Assembly: GCA_918797485.1 (NCBI GenBank)
Contig: CAKKNE010000002.1
Coordinates: 2,852,001 to 2,916,000 of the forward strand
Source: Pelagomonas calceolata
Taxonomy: Eukaryota
Direction of reading: 5' to 3'
Length of the DNA: 64,000 nt
Each line of letters opens with the position of its first letter. Position 1 is the first letter of the stretch. Positions 60,591 to 64,000 of the stretch are shown here, piece by piece. A program made the translations under genes and the position numbers. A model generated the notes under the pieces. The model saw only the letters and a list, made by a program, of their open reading frames with translations. It searched no databases and was not told the origin of the DNA.

Positions 60591-61892
60591 ATGCTGCTGC
60601 TGCACCTCAGGCGCCCGGCTGGGCGCCTAGCGGCGCGGCGCCTCAAATCAATCGCCGCGACGCCCGAAACGGCACCAGATATCGTGATCGTGAACCCGCT
60701 CAAGACCGCGGCGCCCGCGTCCACCTTGGTAATAGACCTCCCCGACCGCTCGGCGCTGACGCCCTCGCAATTCATCAGTATAGCCGGCGAGCTCGGCAAG
60801 AGTAGATTGAGCGGCTTCGTGGCCATGACGGGCGCCATGGGCTATGCCGCGACTGGGGCGCCTTTATTGGCGCCCGGCTTCGCGCTGACAACTTTGGGCG
60901 TCTTCGGCACGTCGTGCGCCGCGAACGCGTTGAATCAAATCCGGGAGACGGAGCGGGACGCGCGCATGGCGCGGACGCGGAAGCGGCCCCTGCCGTCCGG
61001 GCGATGCTCGCCCGAGTTCGCCGCGGCCTTCGCAACGGCAGCCGGCGGCGCCGGCGCGTCGGCGCTAGCTGTTTTGGATCCCGTGGCGTCGGCCCTAGCC
61101 GTCGGCAACATGGCCTTGTACGCGGGCGCGTATACGTCGCTGAAACCGAAATCAGAGATCAACACGTGGGTCGGCGCCGTCGTCGGCGGCGTACCTCCAC
61201 TCATCGGCTGGGCCGCCGCCGGCGGGGCCCTGTACGGTCCCACGTCCCAAATACACGCCGAAACGTTACTCCAAATGGAGCCCGCGGCGATGCTCATGGC
61301 CACGCCGGCGGAGCCGTGGTTGTTGGCCGGTGCTTTGTATCTCTGGCAGTTCCCCCACTTTTTCGCCTTGGCCTGGGTCCATCGCACGGATTATGGCCGA
61401 GGGAACTTCGCAATGGTGCCTTGTAATGATCCTTCTGGCGTGAGGACGGCGAACTTGATACTGAGGTACGGCCTCTACTCGTCGGTCTTCCCCTTCGCCG
61501 CGGTGGCCATGGGCGCCGCGTCGCCCATGTTCGCCGTCGAGGGCTGCTTGTTAAATGGCGCTCTAGTAGCTGCCTCGATGCGCTTCCGACAAAAAAGGAC
61601 AACAGAAAACGCGCGGACGGTCTTCCGCATCACGCTCGCGTATCTGCCTCTCCTACTCTTCTTCCTGCTATTGCATTCCGAAAGGTTAACGAGGGACGAG
61701 GAAGGTAGACCGGCCAAGTCGCCGACGCTGGGGGACGCGATGCGTCCAATCAATGACTTGGGGAGGATGCTCTGCCTCCACGAACTCCACCCAGCGACTC
61801 AGCGGCGGCGCGCGTCGACCGACGCCGACACGCCTTCATTTTGTCCAGTCGATACTGGCGGGAAGAAGGACTTGCCGGGGACGCGGCGATAG
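60591..61892 (+). CDS. COX10: Protoheme IX farnesyltransferase (heme O synthase)
   Basis: Motifs ANALNQIRETERDARMARTRKRPLPSG, YTSLK..NTWVGAVVGGVPPLIGW and WQFPHFFALAW. Confidence 0.95.
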   Translation: MLLLHLRRPAGRLAARRLKSIAATPETAPDIVIVNPLKTAAPASTLVIDLPDRSALTPSQFISIAGELGKSRLSGFVAMTGAMGYAATGAPLLAPGFALTTLGVFGTSCAANALNQIRETERDARMARTRKRPLPSGRCSPEFAAAFATAAGGAGASALAVLDPVASALAVGNMALYAGAYTSLKPKSEINTWVGAVVGGVPPLIGWAAAGGALYGPTSQIHAETLLQMEPAAMLMATPAEPWLLAGALYLWQFPHFFALAWVHRTDYGRGNFAMVPCNDPSGVRTANLILRYGLYSSVFPFAAVAMGAASPMFAVEGCLLNGALVAASMRFRQKRTTENARTVFRITLAYLPLLLFFLLLHSERLTRDEEGRPAKSPTLGDAMRPINDLGRMLCLHELHPATQRRRASTDADTPSFCPVDTGGKKDLPGTRR

Positions 61893-61924
61893 CGTCTAAC
61901 ATGTGTGTGTTATATATTTTGACC

Positions 61925-62491
61925 TTACGCACTGCTCGACGCCGTTTCTTCGCGGGCGCGGAGCGCGGCTTGCGCGTCTTGCAGATAGGCTGCAACGGCC
62001 TTTGTGAGCGGGTGCGCGCTTCCGAGCACGCGCCGCGCGATCGGAGCCGTGTCCTCGAGCGTCGTCACGCTCTCACGAAGATCGTCGAGCGTGGCGCTGG
62101 GGTCATTGTAGAGCGCGTTCGCATAGACCGCGCTCATCCTGAGCGTCATATCATAATTATTATTTCCGAGAACGCGTCGCGCCACGGGCGTCATTTTGCG
62201 TAGTAGGGACTTGGCTTCTTCGAAGCGGTTTACTTGAATCAGCATCGACGAGTAGTTAAATGCTGCCGTAATGGTTTCAACATGTGCTTCGCCATAAAGC
62301 TCCAAACGGCGTGAGTATACGTCCTGCCGGATGCGTATGCCATCTTCAAGCCGACCGATATCCTCATACGCAGTCGCAAGATTGCTCTGACTCATGAGTA
62401 TGCTTGCTTCTGCTACGCCAATTCGCCGGTAAATAGACAACTGGGCCTCTTTCACGGGCAACGCGTCCTCGTGGTGGCCTGCTTCGGTCAA
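61925..62491 (-). pseudogene. 5'-truncated TPR-repeat (kinesin-light-chain-like) protein
   Basis: SNLATAY..GRLED, LYGEAHVET, RFEEAKSLLRK and ARRVLGSAHPLT are present. No ATG at the ORF start; the frame begins abruptly at the junction near 62492. Confidence 0.65.
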
Positions 62492-63235
62492 TACGTGTTA
62501 AGCGAGAAGCCGCTCGCCCCCAGCGTCGCCGTCGCGACGAAGACAATCGACGCAGCGAAGGAGGCCAACGCCCTCGGCCGTTGGGGCGTGGCCGAGAACT
62601 ACCGCTTCGAGCCGGCCGTGGAACGACTGGCTTCTGCAGACATCGGCACCGTCCGATCGGTTCGACTGAGCGTCGGCGCGCCGATTACTGAAGGAAATCC
62701 CTACGCGCAAACGGCCTGGCGGCAGTCACCAGATCATGTCGGCGCTTACTTCGGCGACGCCGGCCCGCACTACGTCGCCGCTTTGCGCGCGGCCGTCGGT
62801 TCCGCCCCAAGAGGCGTCCGCGCCCTGGCCACGCAAGGCTCACAAGTCGTGCCCGCGCCGGACGCCGTCGCGGCTGTCATGACGTTCCCGGGCGACGTCT
62901 TGGGAACGCTCCATTGTTCATTCCACCCCAAGGCTCCGAAGAGATTCGAGTTGGTCGTCGACGGCGACAAGGGCACGGCGTCGATGATTCGCACGGAAGC
63001 CGTGGGAACCGGCATTTTCGGCTACTCCGTCGACGTCAACAACGGCGAGCATTCGTTCTGTCCCTTCTCGGGCGTGCCTCGCGAGCTCTCGGCTTTCATT
63101 ACAGCCGTCCGCAAGGGCGGCCCGGTCCCGCGCGCTTTATCGGCGACGGAGGCGCTCGTCGACCTGAAGGTCGTGGAAGCGATCTGCGACGCGGCGGCCG
63201 CGAAGTCGGCCGCGGGAACGCGCGTCGCTGCCTAG
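62492..63235 (+). pseudogene. 5'-truncated Gfo/Idh/MocA-family oxidoreductase
   Basis: Begins at YVLSEKP, followed by VAENYRFEP, WR..GAYFGDAGPHYVA and VDGDKG; the N-terminal NAD-binding Rossmann segment is missing. Confidence 0.7.
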
Positions 63236-63275
63236 AGGATTAAGTGTACATATACGAGTCTCGAGTCTTACGCTT

Positions 63276-63298
63276 GCTAGTGTCTTACTGGATTTAGC
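63276..63298 (+). promoter_or_regulatory. Upstream 24-bp motif, copy 9
   Basis: GCTAGTGTCTTACTGGATTTAGC, about 130 bp before ATG 63428. Confidence 0.55.
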
Positions 63299-63427
63299 TG
63301 CGATTTTGTGATGACGTTTTGCAAGTGCGCTCGCGGTCAATCGTTGCCATCGTTGTGCAGCGATAGCGACGTGCCTCCCAGCACTTGTCCCGCTAAGTTG
63401 CACAAGCAGGGAGCATCGCTGCTGCAC

Positions 63428-64000
63428 ATGGTACGCCTATTGCTGCCCTCAATCGCAATGGCGCTTGCTGCACCACCCAGCGGACCTGCAAAGCACACCC
63501 TGAAAAAGCTCGTCGCATTCGATCTCGACGGTACGCTGTTGAATCCGGAGCACCGCCTCACGCAGCCGACGCTGGACAAATTGCGAGAGCTCGACGGTCT
63601 CGGCGTGAGCATCGTATTTGCTACCGGGAGGTCAGCACCCGCGGTGTACGAGCATGTTGCGGCGCTCGGGATCCAATCAACACTGCCATGCGTGCTGTAC
63701 AACGGCGCGGTCTGCTACGCGTTTCCTCAACCATGCGATAGCGCAAAGGACGCCGCTGCACGAAAGGAGGAACTCTTTTCGTTAGGCATCGACCTCGCCG
63801 ACGCGGCTGAGGTGTGCGCATTTGCGGCAGAGCGGGGGTTGCTGGTGCAGTATTACGTGGGCGATCACATCTACGTCCGGCCGACGTGCGACGAACATAG
63901 AGATCTGGTACGGCGATATCATGAGTTGACCGGCGCTTCTCACACGAGCGTCGAAGAATATCCTCTCACCGAGAGCCCAGCAAAAATGCTCCTCATGACG
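63428..64000 (+). CDS. Cof-type HAD-IIB hydrolase (continues beyond the window end)
   Basis: Absent from the ORF track. Manual translation gives KLVAFDLDGTLLN, IVFATGRS and VLYNGA. Confidence 0.88.
   Translation, partial: MVRLLLPSIAMALAAPPSGPAKHTLKKLVAFDLDGTLLNPEHRLTQPTLDKLRELDGLGVSIVFATGRSAPAVYEHVAALGIQSTLPCVLYNGAVCYAFPQPCDSAKDAAARKEELFSLGIDLADAAEVCAFAAERGLLVQYYVGDHIYVRPTCDEHRDLVRRYHELTGASHTSVEEYPLTESPAKMLLMT

Noticed and set aside
7434..63298. The 24-bp motif or introner TIRs as CRISPR repeats
   Set aside because: The copies are dispersed kilobases apart, with no repeat-spacer array and no cas genes, in a eukaryotic context.
1..64000. Autonomous transposase, viral genes, tRNA or rRNA
   Set aside because: I recognised no DDE, RT, Rep/helicase or capsid motifs and no structural-RNA signatures; a tRNAscan/Infernal run would be needed to exclude small RNAs.

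Overview
This is a GC-rich, gene-dense eukaryotic nuclear window holding about 40 mostly single-exon genes. Several features point to a pelagophyte alga (Pelagomonas/Aureococcus-like; inferred, not proven): bipartite plastid-type leaders, a mitochondrial PEPC, and introns built from transposons with terminal inverted repeats (TIRs). Recognisable genes include a PP2A-A-like HEAT protein, a class I PDE, a CRTISO-like oxidoreductase, THOC3, thioredoxin, thiamine pyrophosphokinase, a family-6-like DNA glycosylase, PEPC, RsuA and RluA pseudouridine synthases, DHCR7, FtsH/YME1, a JmjC protein, YebC/TACO1, RFC1, IMPase, COX10 and a Cof-type HAD hydrolase. There are five highlights. (1) One gene fuses an intact urate oxidase (makes H2O2) to an APX/CcP-type heme peroxidase (removes H2O2) and ankyrin repeats. 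(2) An introner family (TIR CTGTGTGGAAATC, 8-bp target-site duplication) accounts for 7 of the 8 coding introns I could model, ranging from intact to decayed. (3) An oriented 24-bp motif, GCTAGTGTCTTACAGGCCGCTAGC, recurs 9 times just upstream of genes, alongside a second WCGGGTTTT upstream motif. (4) A 3'-flank repeat family has Helitron-end-like structure. (5) Two abrupt junctions join half-genes. I recognised no rRNA, tRNA or CRISPR array. All calls are made by eye; no database searches were run.
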